From contig MU004192.1 of assembly GCA_010093605.1 (NCBI GenBank), forward strand, positions 256,882 through 320,881: a stretch of DNA of 64,000 nt. The letters run 5' to 3'. Positions within the stretch are counted from its first letter, which is position 1. Every line of letters starts with the position of its first letter. Below the pieces are notes generated by a model. The model saw nothing but the letters and a program-made list of their open reading frames with translations, did not search any database and had not been told where the DNA came from. A program made the translations under genes and the position numbers. This DNA comes from Lophium mytilinum. Taxonomy: Eukaryota. Positions 35,569 through 48,596 of this stretch are shown here, piece by piece.

Positions 35569-37805
35569 ATGGCAGACCTGTATGAGAACCCGTGGGAAAG
35601 GCGAACGACCGTTCGAAAAGCGGCGCCGGGGACATGGAATAATGGTTCGCTGCTTTCTGCGCTGTCGTTGACAGACAGCAGCCACCGAATAATCATCGGA
35701 GTCGACTATGGCACAACTTACACAGGTAGGGATCTCAGAGCTCAACACTAGCAGTGTGCGCTCCATCCTCTAACACTTCTAAGGCATTTCCTATGTCGAC
35801 TCCTCGAAAACTAGCATCAACGATATCCACGTCATTAGAACCTATCCGGGCCCAGGTGGTGCAGACGCCGTCTGGAAGACGCCGTCGCGAATTGCCTACC
35901 GGAGCGAAAATCAAGAGTCCAGCACCAATCAATTCGGGTACCAAGTTACTCCAAAGATGACCAGCTATAGCTGGACCAAGTTGCTGCTCGATTCCAGGAC
36001 CCCAGCAACGGCTCATGATGATCCCGATCTGCAGAAATCAGAAGGCACAGGCATGCTCAGACTTCCCCAAGGCAAAACAGCGACAGAGGTAGCTGCCGAT
36101 TATCTTCGAGAGGTATACCGATGGACAGTCACAGAACTTGAGAAGCGTATCTCTCCAGAGGTGGTTCGCGAGACCCCGTTCGAATTCTGGTTCACGGTAC
36201 CTGCCATCTGGAGTGATGCCGCAAAAGCTTCGACTCAAGCCGCCGCACGCGCCGCAGGCTTTGCCTCGAGACCAGGAGACAAAATCTTTCTAATACCGGA
36301 ACCTGAGGCAGCTGGCGTATCCGTCTTGAAGGGTTTGACTCAAGAAGGACTATCAAACCAGGCAAAGCCAGGTGACGGCCTCTTGATATGCGATTGCGGT
36401 GGAGGCACTGTGGATATAACCACCTACAAGATTACCAGCGTCGCACCAAAATTAGCTTTCGAGGAACTAGTCGAGGGAGCCGGTGGCAAGTGTGGTTCCA
36501 CATATATCGATCGTCAGTTCCACCAATGGATGTCGCGAAAGTTTGGTGCTAGTTTCGATAAATTGAGGTTCGAGAAGAAAGGCCCAGGCAGTCGATTCAT
36601 GAAGGATTTCGAGGGCCACAAGAAGGATTTTGGATCTTCTGACGACCTCGACCAAGTATATGAGATCAACCTGGTGATGCCTGGCGTAAGCTATTCAATC
36701 GTATACGATGACGATGAATGTGTAGTCAAACTTACTGGGTACGAGATCATGCTCAACTTCTATCGAAAGTTTGTTAACAAGGGTCTAGGCGAGATATGCT
36801 CAGCTTTTTCGAACCAGTGGTGGACATGATCATCAGTCTTCTGGAGCAACAAATGCGACTAGCAAACCAGGCTGCAGGGACCTGCACGATTAATGTCGGT
36901 CTTCGCCTTGATGAACTGAGAAGCATCTTGCTGACATGACTTGTAGCGAGTTATCCTAGTCGGCGGTTTTGGAGATTCTCCTTTTCTCAACACCAAGGTT
37001 CGGGCATGGTGTAACAGGCAAGGAAGCATACGGCTCTTATGTCCAGAGCATCCGTAAGTTATTTTCACACTCTAAATTGGCCCGCCTTACTAAGCCCAAA
37101 TAGGCAAGCAGCCATTGTTCGAGGCGCTGCATTGCGTGGTCTTCTAGACATCGCACCGATTAGGAAGCGATGCCGTCGTCACTACGGTGTCGCATATAGC
37201 GCTACGTTTCGAGAAGGTGTCGATCCTGAGACTGACGTGAAGTACGATTCGTGGGATGGGCGAAAGCAATGCAACTCGAGAATGGATTGGCAAGTCAAAA
37301 AGGTTGGTCGAAATTCTGCAGAAGAAACACAATTACTCACAAGAGCCCTAGGGACAAGTCATCGACGAAAACACCCATATTTCCACAAGCGTACGGAGAA
37401 GTTACACAGCAGGCGATTCATTAATTCGGACTAAGACATTGTATTCCAGTTCATTTGAGAATCCGCCAGAGAGGAAGACGGACCCTGGTACGTCCAGTTT
37501 TGCTTGGCCTTTGAAAGAACAATGCTAATAGCAGCTTAGGCGTAGAAGTGGTTGGAACGATCCGGCATGTCATGCAACAGTCGCACTTGGCGAAGTTCGA
37601 ATCGAGTTACAAGAACGGAAAGTTGAGGTACAGACTCTGTTATGATAGAGAAGTAATACTAGGATCGAAGGAAGGGACATTACAGTTCAGGGTGACGTGT
37701 GACGGGGAAGAGCTCGGAACCGCGTCTATCGAGTATGCGAAGGATGAAGTCGCTCCAGGGGGAGGGTCACCCGCCTCTGCAGCGTCAGCCATGCATTATG
37801 TGTGA
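35569..37805 (+). CDS. Atypical Hsp70 (HSPA12-like actin-fold ATPase), multi-exon
   Basis: Phosphate-1 IIIGVDYGTTYTG, FTVPAIWSD, IPEPEAA, phosphate-2 LICDCGGGTVD, GGKCGSTYID, adenosine ILVGGFGDSPFL, AIVRGAALRG; no canonical lid or EEVD. Confidence 0.92.
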
Positions 37806-38233
37806 TACCCTTGGATTTTAATCAATTTCAAGCTTTGTGCCGCGACGCGTTTGCTTGATGGTGGTGTTGCTCAAAACCGACAAGCACCTGATAGGGAACA
37901 AGATAGCCAAGTGATTAGCATTGATTACAATATAACAGGTGCGCAGGAGAGAAAGAAGACGGTTAGATGGATGGAAGGAGTCTTCTAAAGCATGTACTCA
38001 AGAGTCGATGTTGTTGAGTTGCAAAGGGATGTGCCCGTGCCCGTGATCGGCTCGGCAAGACTTTCCAGGACCGCCGAATCCCGATCTTCTAGGCCTCCCG
38101 CCGACTCTCCTAGGTACCGTAGCCTGAAGGAGGCGCAGCAACATCAAAACAGTGTGAATGCCTGCGTCCTTCGCACCTCCAGCGTTATGTCCACGGACTC
38201 CTCAACCTCTCCAGCTTTCGCGTGTGCTTTGGG

Positions 38234-39756
38234 ATGAGTAGCACGCTCCATCCGCGGAAAGCCGGAAAAGGGTTCATACACACTGCGGGCAACGTTGCTC
38301 TCTGCATTATCGGTTGCCCAATCATTTGCCCACTTCTTTGCTTGGCGGTTATAATGAAGACAAATCGCTTATGGAAGGAGAACGATCCACGGATGAAACA
38401 AGACAAAAAAGCACTCGAGGCCTCTTATTTAAGGAAGCGCCAGAAATATGCCCCGGCTCCGCTCCTGCAAACGCGGCTACGTGCTCTTACTCTGAGAGCC
38501 TTTACAGCAGAACCAGGGGAGCTAGATCCTATGCCCGAAGAAGAAGATCAAGAGACGGGAGACTCGGCCGGGAAGCCGAGGAGACAGTCGACTATCGACA
38601 GCATCATTAGGAGGGCGAGGAGGCAATCCACCGCTGATAGCGTGAAAGGAAAGCCCCAGCGGGAATCGACCATGGATAGCTTCAGAAGTAAGCCTAGGAG
38701 ACAGTCAACTATCGACAGCCTGAAGAGCAAATCCAGGAAAGAGCCGGTTACTGTTGATCAACTTGGGAAAAGTGGCTTGTGGAAGCTACCGTTCGAGCTA
38801 CGGACGACGATATGGAAATACGCTCTCGGCGGCAATTACATACACATCCTGAAGAAGCGGGGCCGACTTGGCCATGCATATTGTCCCGCAAAGCACCCAG
38901 AAGTCTTTCCACGCGTGGATAGATGTTCGTATCCCATGAAAGATGGGTTCTCCGTTACCACGGCATTCCCTTTCAGGCAAAAGCCTCTGGGACTGATATC
39001 TACATGCCGGCAGATGTATGTCACCATGCAGTTGTAATTATGTTTTCAAATCACTGACTTGTTCGTAGATATTCGGAGACTATAGACATTCTGTACTCGC
39101 ATAACACCTTTTCGTTCGACGACCTTGACGCTTTGAACTGGTTTGGTCTTACTACCTTGCCACACAGACGCGAGCTGATAACCACCCTTCATTTCAAGTA
39201 CGAGCTTGTCAAGTCATTCCAAACCGTTCAGCCACAGCTACCTCCAAACGATACAAAGACCTGGATAGACGCCTGCAACGTTCTGGCTTCAATGTCCAAT
39301 CTTCAAGAACTAAGGATAGTCGTCGAAAGCCATTTCGGCTATAGCGCAAACAATGTGTTCCCATTATTCCCCGAGTTCCTAGACTATCTTTGTGATCTCT
39401 CGGTAGCCGGAAGATTCGATGTCCATGTCCCTTGGCCGAGAGATCATCCAGCAGAGTACAAGCTGGTCCCGGCGAAGGCACCATTCGAAGTGAAGCGCTT
39501 CGATAAGGGAGACTTACGTCTTGATGACTTACGTCTTCAGGACTTCGCGATTCCATTCACCGTTCAATGTCTGCATTGTGAGGAGTACACGGAGATCAAG
39601 AAATCCACGATTGGGTCCGCAATGAGGACGGAGTCAGATGGGACGACCGAGTTCTGGACGTATCACACCTATTGTGGAGGATGGATTGCGTTTACATCGG
39701 CTTCACGGGGAGATTACGCTGTCTTGCAGGGCGCGAAACGGGTTGTCGAAGCTTGA
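38234..39756 (+). CDS. DUF7730-like (F-box-like motif) protein with 13-aa repeats and C-terminal Yju2/CWC16-like Zn module
   Basis: LWKLPFELRTTIWKYALGG; across intron ~39016-39068 reads STCRQIYSETIDILYSHNTFSF; C-terminal FAIPFTVQCLHC...HTYCGGWI...YAVLQGAKR. Confidence 0.72.
38570..38740 (+). repeat. Four 39-bp (13-aa) tandem coding repeats
   Basis: GKPRRQSTIDSII / RRARRQSTADSVK / GKPQRESTMDSFR / SKPRRQSTIDSLK. Confidence 0.88.
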
Positions 39757-40949
39757 GGCGCGACCACTGACAGGACACGAGCGAGATCAGGCAAGCATCA
39801 AAAGTAAACCTCAACGGCTATTATGAAGGGCTTCGTAGATTAGAGTTACAGCTAGATGGTGTTGCTACTAGCAAGTCAGGTGTCAATGTAGACAGTAAAT
39901 CCAGCTAAGTGTAGTGTCTGTTCTTATGTCCTCTTCATATAGAGCAATCGAAATACAACGCTGGAAGTTGGCGAAGGACGGATCACCGGATAAACGTTCC
40001 GAGACTCAATCCCGGAGAGTTGCCAAAGACAATGCACCCCGTCCTACGGAGTAAAAGGAGGTGGAATAGCATGACTCGCGACGCAATTTCGGTCGTCCCT
40101 AGGTAACGGCAATTATGGAGTAATGCGCCACACAAATGGCTCCTTGCTCACCAGCCACAAGATGCTTGTCTAGACTGGTATACCTAGGTAGATAAATATC
40201 AAAGCGATAGGAGCTTCAAGGCGCATCGTGAGAAGCGGTTCTTCATCGGCTTCCGGTGACCCCGGAACGATCATTGCCTTGTACAGCTGCCGCCTCTGCA
40301 GGATTTCGCGGTGATGACAGCTGCAACGCATCACAGCGTCAGCTGGCAGCGCCTCGTGCCGCAGCGTTCCAGCTGCGGCGCCTGCAACGTCGCGGGCCTC
40401 CAATCGTCGAGATCTGAGGTTGTGAGGTGTTTGCTTGATTCGATTCGCCCGAGTCGTCGTGCTACAGTGTGAGGCGGAGAAGGTGCTGGATTATTCGATC
40501 TCACAGAGTCTGTCTTCCGTCCGCTCCAAAGAGGTCTTGAGGTTCTTCTGAAGTCACATCTGGCTTTGGGCGTCGGTTCGGGCGTCCAGGACTCTATGCA
40601 GAGCTGCAGATGGAGGGCAGCGGAAGAGGCGGCGTGTCCGTTCTGGCAACAGGCAAAGGTCTTGAGGCATTTCTGGGGATGTTATCAATTATAGCGAGCG
40701 ATACAGCCAATGGTGGAGCCTCTTTGTCATGCAAATGCACGTCTTGTGGCCGCATCGGGCGTAGTGACGAGGGCTTGGCGTGGCTGAAATCTGGGAGCAG
40801 CGGTACAATTCCCGCTGGCCATGATGCTCTCCCGCATCGCCCTAAAATCCTCTCCGCAACACCAATTGACCACTGCATGCTGCGTTTTCCTTCCCCTCTC
40901 TCAAACCCCTCCTATTTGATGCTCTTCTTCTCCTAGTGCTCGCTCCATC

Positions 40950-43900
40950 ATGCTGCGCGTCACTCTCCGGAAAGCTTGCACCGGCGCGAGATGCGCGCGG
41001 TCGAACTTCTCGACTTTCACCGGCACATCTCCAAACACCTCCCTGGCCTCGAAACGGCGAGCTCTAGGCGTTGTTCCTCGCTTTCAGCAGCATCGCCGCT
41101 ATGCTATTGCGGCCTCAGATACCGACAAGGGCGTGGTACGGGCTCCTTTCGCACCGTGGCGAACCTCGAAGCAATTCCTGAAGCTGACTCTCGACAGGAC
41201 CCCAACGACTCTTTCCTACAGGGCAATACCGCCAACTATGTCGACGAAATGTACATGTCGTGGAAACACGACCCTTCCAGTGTGCATATCTCATGGCAGG
41301 TCTACTTCCGGAACATGGAGGAAGGCGGCATGCCCGTGTCGCAGGCCTTCCAACCACCTCCGACCATCGTCCCAGCACCACACGGCGGCTTGGGCCCAGC
41401 GCTAGGTCCTGGCTTGGGCATGGTTGCTGGCGAAGGCAACGATGTCATGAATCACTTGAAGGTCCAGCTTCTCGTCCGCGCGTATCAGGCTCGAGGACAC
41501 CACAAGGCCAAGATTGATCCTCTAGGGATCCGGACGGAGGCGGAACAATTTGGATACAGCAAGCCGCCAGAACTCGAGCTATCCCACTACTCGTTCACGG
41601 AAAAGGACCTTGACCAGGAGTTCACTCTCGGCCCGGGTATCCTGCCCAGGTTCAAGACAGACACGCGGACGAAAATGACACTGCGGGACATCATCTCAGC
41701 TTGCGAGCGGTTGTACTGCGGGTCATACGGTATCGAATACATCCACATTCCTGACCGAGAGCAGTGCGATTGGCTTCGGGAGCGAGTGGAGATTCCTACG
41801 CCATACAAATACTCCGTGGACGAAAAGCGCCGAATTTTGGACCGCCTTATCTGGGGAACAAACTTTGAGAACTTCCTGGCTACGAAGTACCCGAACGACA
41901 AGCGATTTGGTCTGGAAGGTGGCGAGAGCTTGATTCCTGGCATGAAAGCGCTCATCGACCGCAGTGTCGACTATGGCGTCAAGGACATCGTCATTGGAAT
42001 GCCTCATCGTGGGCGCCTTAACGTTCTCAGCAACGTGGTCCGGAAGCCGAACGAGTCCATCTTCAGCGAATTCGCTGGAAGTTCTGATCCTTCCGACGAA
42101 GGCTCTGGAGATGTCAAGTACCATTTGGGCATGAACTTCGAGCGCCCCACACCATCTGGAAAACGCGTACAACTTTCCCTTGTCGCCAATCCTTCGCATT
42201 TGGAAGCCGAGGACCCTGTCGTGTTAGGAAAGACTCGTGCTATTCTTCACTACAACAATGATGAGAAAGATGCCAAGACCGCCATGGGTGTTCTTCTTCA
42301 CGGAGATGCTGCCTTCGCTGGTCAAGGTATTGTCTACGAGACTATGGGTTTCCACTCGCTCCCCTCATATCATACGGGAGGTACCATCCATATTGTCGTC
42401 AACAACCAAATCGGCTTCACCACCGATCCTCGATTTGCCCGTTCCACACCTTACTGCTCTGATATTGCCAAGGCTATCGATGCTCCCGTATTCCACGTTA
42501 ACGGCGATGATGTCGAGGCGCTCAATTTCGTTTGCCAGTTGGCAGCCGATTACCGTGCTGAGTTCAAGAAGGACGTTGTTATCGACATGGTCTGCTACCG
42601 GAAACAAGGCCATAACGAGACCGACCAGCCTTTCTTCACGCAACCGCTCATGTACAAGCGAATCGCGAACCACCCCCCAGCGCTGGACACTTATGTCAAG
42701 AAGCTCTTGGAAGAGAAGACCTTTACCAAGGATGATATCGAGGAGCACAAGTCTTGGGTGTGGGGTATGCTCGATGAGAGCTTCACCCGCAGCAAAGACT
42801 ACCAGCCGACTGCCAAGGAATGGCTCACCTCTGCTTGGAACGGTTTCAAGTCGCCAAAGGAGCTTGCTACTGAAGTCCTGCCCCATCTTCCCACCGCCGT
42901 CGAAAAGGAAAAGCTGGACCACATTGCTGAGACTATCGGTGGCGCGCCGGAAGGCTTCACTGTACACAAGAATCTAAAGCGTATTCTTGCTGGCCGCACC
43001 AAGACCGTAAACGAGGGCAAAAACATTGATATGTCGACCGCTGAGGCGTTGGCTTTCGGCACCATCGCTATGGACGGACACCACGTCCGAATTTCTGGTC
43101 AAGATGTGGAGCGCGGCACTTTCTCGCAACGTCATGCTGTTCTTCACGACCAGGAAACCGAGGCTACCTACACCCCACTACAGCATCTGGACAAGGAACA
43201 GGCCACTTTCGTGATTTCGAACTCGTCATTGAGCGAATTTGGAGTGTGAGTTTCACCTGTATTGATTTTTTGATACATTGCTGACATGATGTAGGCTTGG
43301 TTTCGAGTATGGTTACTCCCTGTCCTCGCCAAACGCTCTTGTTATGTGGGAAGCACAATTCGGTGACTTTGCAAACAACGCTCAATGTATCATCGATCAA
43401 TTTGTTGCGTCCGGTGAAGTCAAATGGCTACAACGTAGTGGTCTAGTCATGAGCTTGCCGCATGGTTACGACGGTCAAGGACCAGAGCACTCTTCGGGAC
43501 GTATGGAACGATACCTCCAGCTATGTAACGAGGATCCTAGGATTTTCCCTTCTCCCGACAAACTCGACCGCCAGCACCAAGACTGCAACATGCAGATCGC
43601 CTACCTCACAAAGCCGTCCAACTACTTCCACATCCTGAGGCGACAAATGAACCGCCAATTCCGGAAACGTAAGTGCACTGCAATCACATGTCTTCGAGCG
43701 ATGCTAACTCAAAAACTTAGCTCTCATTCTATTTTTCAGCAAGAGTCTCCTGAGGCATCCCATAGCGCGATCAGACATTGAAGAGTTCACCGGGGAGTCT
43801 CACTTCCAATGGATCGTTCCTGACGAAGGCCATGCCACTGGCGAGATCGATTCACATGACGAGATCAAGCGTGTCATTCTCTGCTCGGGTCAAGTCTACG

Positions 43901-44262
43901 CCGCGCTACACAAGGAACGTGCCTCGCGCGGTCTCAAGGACGTTGCCATTACTCGCATCGAACAGCTGAACCCCTTCCCGTGGCAACAACTAAAGGAGAA
44001 CCTTGACTCGTACCCGAACGCTCAGAACATCGTCTACTGTCAAGAAGAGCCGCTCAACGCCGGTGCCTGGAGCTTCACTCAGCCAAGAATCGAGACCCTA
44101 CTCAACAACACCGAGCACCACAGCCGCAGGCACGTCATGTACGCTGGCCGCAATCCCAGCGCCAGTGTGGCGACGGGTCTGAAGGCAGCTCACCAGAAAG
44201 AGGAGAAGGACTTGCTAGAAATGGCATTCTCCGTCAAACAGGACAAATTGAAGGGCGAGTAG
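40950..44262 (+). CDS. KGD1: Mitochondrial 2-oxoglutarate dehydrogenase E1
   Basis: Presequence MLRVTLRK; introns 41136-41197, 43246-43294, 43669-43720; [26 protein letters not shown] (TPP binding), [15 protein letters not shown] 44260-44262. Confidence 0.98.
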
Positions 44263-44654
44263 CTGGCGTCAACTGCAAATTAGGCGATGAAACACGCGAC
44301 CTTTGCACTAGCTTTCGTTAGCGTCGCTAGGTGTGTGGGTCTTTGAGCTTTGTATCTACTTTACTTTCCTGGACCCTGTGCATGCTTCTTTCTTGTTCTT
44401 TCTAGAATACGGATTGGCTGGTTTGTGTATTTTGAAACCGGGGTGCAGGCGGGGTTGCACTTGGGAGCGTGTTGTGGGAGAGCGGTCTGGGAATGTGTAT
44501 TTTTATTGCTGTACTCTTTCATGCATGATGTGTTGAATGCGCAAAAGTAACCATTTGTAATCTCGTTTCTCGTGATATCACTTCCTTGATCGTGTGAAAT
44601 TTCCCCGATCATCACCTTCCATAATTCAGATCAGACTCTCTTCTCATCTTAGTC

Positions 44655-46030
44655 CTACCCTACAAGCCCATCCTTCCCCTTCACAACCCCAAACGCCCCA
44701 CCCCCCTTCCCAAACATCGTCCTTAAATCCCCCACAATGAGCTCCGGGCATTCATACGCCGCGAAATGCCCACCCCGCTCATGCTTCCCCTCATAAACCA
44801 CCTCGCCCAGCGCCCTGCTCCACAGCGGCGGCAGCACATAGATATCTCGCGGGAAATGCCCCACGCCGATCTTCACGCCGGGCGTCCACCGCTGCGCCAG
44901 CTTCCACGCCGGCAGCCCGCTCGCATCCTGCGCATCGTGCGTATTCTCATAGTAGATGCGCGCGCTGGCCGCCGGCCCGGCTGTGGAGAAGTAGTACACG
45001 CTGACCCAGGTCAGCACCTCGTCATCCGTCCACGGATAATCGTCGGTCCAGTCGTGCAGTTTCTCGTAGATCCAGGCGAGCAGGCCGACGGGGGAGGCGG
45101 CGAGGCTGTAGCCCAGGGTCTGCGGTTTGGTGTTTTGGATGGCGCCGTAGCCTTGCCCGGAGGCGCGGAACCAGGCGCTGCGGGCGAGGCCGGCGTGTTC
45201 GGCGGTGGTGTAGGGGGTTAGGGCGTGTTGGAGGGAGAGGAGGGGGAAGGTGGTTGGGGAAGGGGGCCCATCCGGGTTGAGCATGTTGTAGTGGGAGGCT
45301 AGGCAGTGGGTGGGGTAGAGGCGGCCGATTGTGCGGGTTATCCACCAGCCCCAGTCGCCGCCTTGGGTTACTGGGGGGGTGTTAGTTGGAGGAGTTCTAG
45401 AGGGGTATGGGTGTTGTTGGTGGGGAAGAGGGGATAGGGGTGGGGTACCGTATTCGTTGTAGCCCAGTTTTAGCATGAGTTTGTGGCATGCTTCTGCGTA
45501 TTGTGGAAGTGCGAAGCCTTTCTTTCTCACGCCTTGGGAGAAGCCAAAGTTGGGGAGTGATGGGGCAACGACGTGGAAGGCCGGGAAGCCGTCCGAGGCG
45601 TTGGAGAGAAGCGGGAGGATCTTTGCTACTTCAAGGAAGCTGCCAGGCCCTTTTGATATGCTCTATTAGCCCAGGTATCACAAAGACTTTTGCCGCTGAA
45701 TGTAGCCTTACATCCATGGACAAACATCAATGGAATTGCGTTCTTGACAGGGGACTTCTGGTGCACAAAATGCAGGTCAAGATCTTCGAATCTGTCTATG
45801 GCTACAGAAGTTTTGAACTGGGGTAGTTCATTCATCTTTCTTTCTTCTGCTCGCCAGTCATATTTCTCGAGCCAATGGTTGGTCAGGCGTTTGATGTCTG
45901 CAAGTGGTGCGCCATAATCCCACTCGGCTCCGTCCAACTCGTTTGGGAAATCCGTCAAAGCCAATTTCTGATGGAGGCGGTCGAGAGACTCTTGCGGAAT
46001 AGACACTTTGAACGGTGTAATAGCAGACAT
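44655..46030 (-). CDS. Microsomal-type epoxide hydrolase (alpha/beta hydrolase)
   Basis: EHN N-terminus (YDWRAEE), HGWPGSF across an intron, TQGGDWG nucleophile, GGHFAAYE; 78-nt intron 45448-45371. Confidence 0.93.
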
Positions 46031-46640
46031 TGCTTTGAATGAGAGTCAGTATTTTGTAGGAATTCAAAGGTCTCTGAAAGATCGAAGAGTTGGATAGTGT
46101 CCTTTCGAGCTATAGAAGAGAGGCTTATATAGTCGATATAGTCATAGATGCTTGGTGGATTAGATCTCCCAATGATCTGCCTAGATGTTCGCAGATCCGC
46201 GGCTCCGACACGCGTGTATACTTCTCAAAGGGGCATTGTCAGCCTGACGTCAAGACGCTGACAAAGCCAGAGACTGGTCACGACAGCACGTGATTCCGTC
46301 AGCCTCGCTCACCCCATATCTATCAAATTGAGGTCGCCGACTTAATATAAACGGTCGGAACATACCTTAAATGGGCACAAGTGACCTGACTGAAGTATGG
46401 CGCCATCGGGGTTGGTTTGTTTCACTACACTCAGACCCATGTATTTGCAGCCATTACCCTTGCAACCTTCTTACACGCTTGCTACCTTTCTACGTTGCAT
46501 TCGGAGGACTTCATCCCAAAGCGACCCTAACGTATTACGCCCCCAAAGTCAATCTCCGACAATACATACATAGAATCCGGACATCTCCCAAATGGCTTCC
46601 TCGACCAATCTCTCCTTTCATCACTCTGCAGGCAGTTAAA

Positions 46641-48186
46641 ATGCATTCGTTAGCGTCCGTCATTCTTTTGGTTAGCGCAGGCACTCGGGCAGTGCATGGC
46701 GCAACCGTGTTCGCTCATTTCATGGTAAAAAAACCGATGTCTTCAGTCGCTAGACCATACCTACTAACACGTGAAATAGGTACAAAACTCGTATAGTTAT
46801 TCGCAGACAGAGTGGGAGACCGACATCAAATCGGCTAAGCAGATTGGAATCGACGGATTTGGTATGACTATTCATCATCTGTTCGAGGACCGAAGCTAAC
46901 TAATGCAAGCGTTGAACTGGGTGCCACCGGACTGCTCGACCTCGAATCTAGGATGGCAAGCGGATCGTATCGACGATGCCTTCACCGTCGCGGCAGCGCA
47001 GGACTTCAAGATCATGCACTCCTTCGACATGAACTACGCGTCTGGACAAGATGATTGCCCTACTGGAGTCGCATGGAACACATCCTACATGGTGGATAAG
47101 CTCTCGAAGCACGCGACAAGTGACGCTGCCTTCAAATGGAACGGTGATGTCCTGGTGTCCACTTTCGGAGGAGAACTCTACGGAAACGACTTCTTTGCGA
47201 GTTTGAAGAGTGCCGCATCTTCTGCGGGCCTCGGTATCAGCCTTGCACCAGCGCTTGACGATTACTCAATGGCAGCACAATCTGATCCGCAAACCGAAGC
47301 ATCCAAGGTCATCTCCGACTACCCTTCCGTGGACGGGTTTTTGAACTGGCAGGCTTGGCCTCTGAATGAGCACGCAAACCTTACGACCGCAGCTGACACT
47401 GCCTTCAAATCGGCTTTCTCCAACGCTGGCCGGACAGGCCCATACATCATGGGTAAGTAAATCGAAGCGGAGGACCGTTGTGTATATGGCTGACACGTGA
47501 CAGCGGTTTCGCCATGGCAATTCAAAGACCTGAACGAATGGGGAAACTGGCTTCAATACAGTGACACCCTCTTCGACTACCGATGGAAGGATGCTATCAA
47601 CACAGTGAAACCAGACATCATTGAGATACTCACATGGAACGACTTCCCCGAATCGCACTACATCCGCGATCTCCCACCCGCAAGCGAGACCGGACCAGCG
47701 TCCATGCAAATGGGCGATGCTGGCAGCTACGTCTATGGCATTGACCACTCTGGCTGGCGGGTCATTGCACAGTACTACATCTCTTGGTGGAAGACTGGCA
47801 GCGCACCGGCAGTGACAGAAGACCGTGTTGTGTATTGGTATCGCATCCATCCCAAGGGCGTCACTTGCTCAGGCGGCACTGCTCCTTCCAACGCAGACTT
47901 TCCGACCGATGCAGTCTTCGTGTGGGCTTTGATGACTTCAGAAGCCAACATTTCGACTACTGTAGGATCGAGCTTTAACTATGTATTCACGGCTGACGAG
48001 TCTGGCCCGAAGATGAACATGATCCCGTTCCCTACGGATCTCGGAAATGGGGTGTATCCTATGTTTGGTGTCGTAAGAGATGGCGTTACCGATCTGGCTG
48101 GGAATGGCAGCGTGGCCATCACATCGTCCTGCGCTTACCAAAACTACAACCCAGTAGTTGGTCTCGTCGGGGCTGCTTTGAGTTGA
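46641..48186 (+). CDS. GH71 alpha-1,3-glucanase (mutanase), secreted, multi-exon
   Basis: Signal peptide then VFAHFM, IGIDGF/ALNW, HSFDM, VSTFGG, VSPWQFK, EILTWNDFPESHYI, YWYRIHP. Confidence 0.92.
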
Positions 48187-48596
48187 AATAAGTATCGGTA
48201 AAGTCAGGATGCTATTGTGGAACTGCACAAAGCAGATGTCAGGACGTGTTTCTGATTTTTCTGGAAGCCGGATAGGAAGTCCGAAACGATCTAAAAGCTG
48301 TCTAATTTCGACTCATGGTCTGTGCATACTACCCACTTCTTCCGCTCTTCTCTTCTTGTACACAAATACACATTCACATATACATAGTTTTGCATTTATT
48401 CCGATCAAGCTTGTGCTAATTTAGCTAACGTGGGGGCATTCTACTACTGCACGATGGACCCTTGTCGCCGAGGTTGGGCTGAGAAGCCTGCACTCAGCCA
48501 GCCTTCATCACGCCTTTTTATTGATTTTTAATCTCTTCTATCCCCTTCATCAAGCAGAACCATATTCTTCCAGCGGAAGACAAGACGGCCTCCGCG

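Noticed and set aside
40976..41197. N-terminus of the 757-aa KGD1 ORF as given in the track
   Set aside because: Reads through intron 41136-41197; the true first exon starts at 40950 in another frame.
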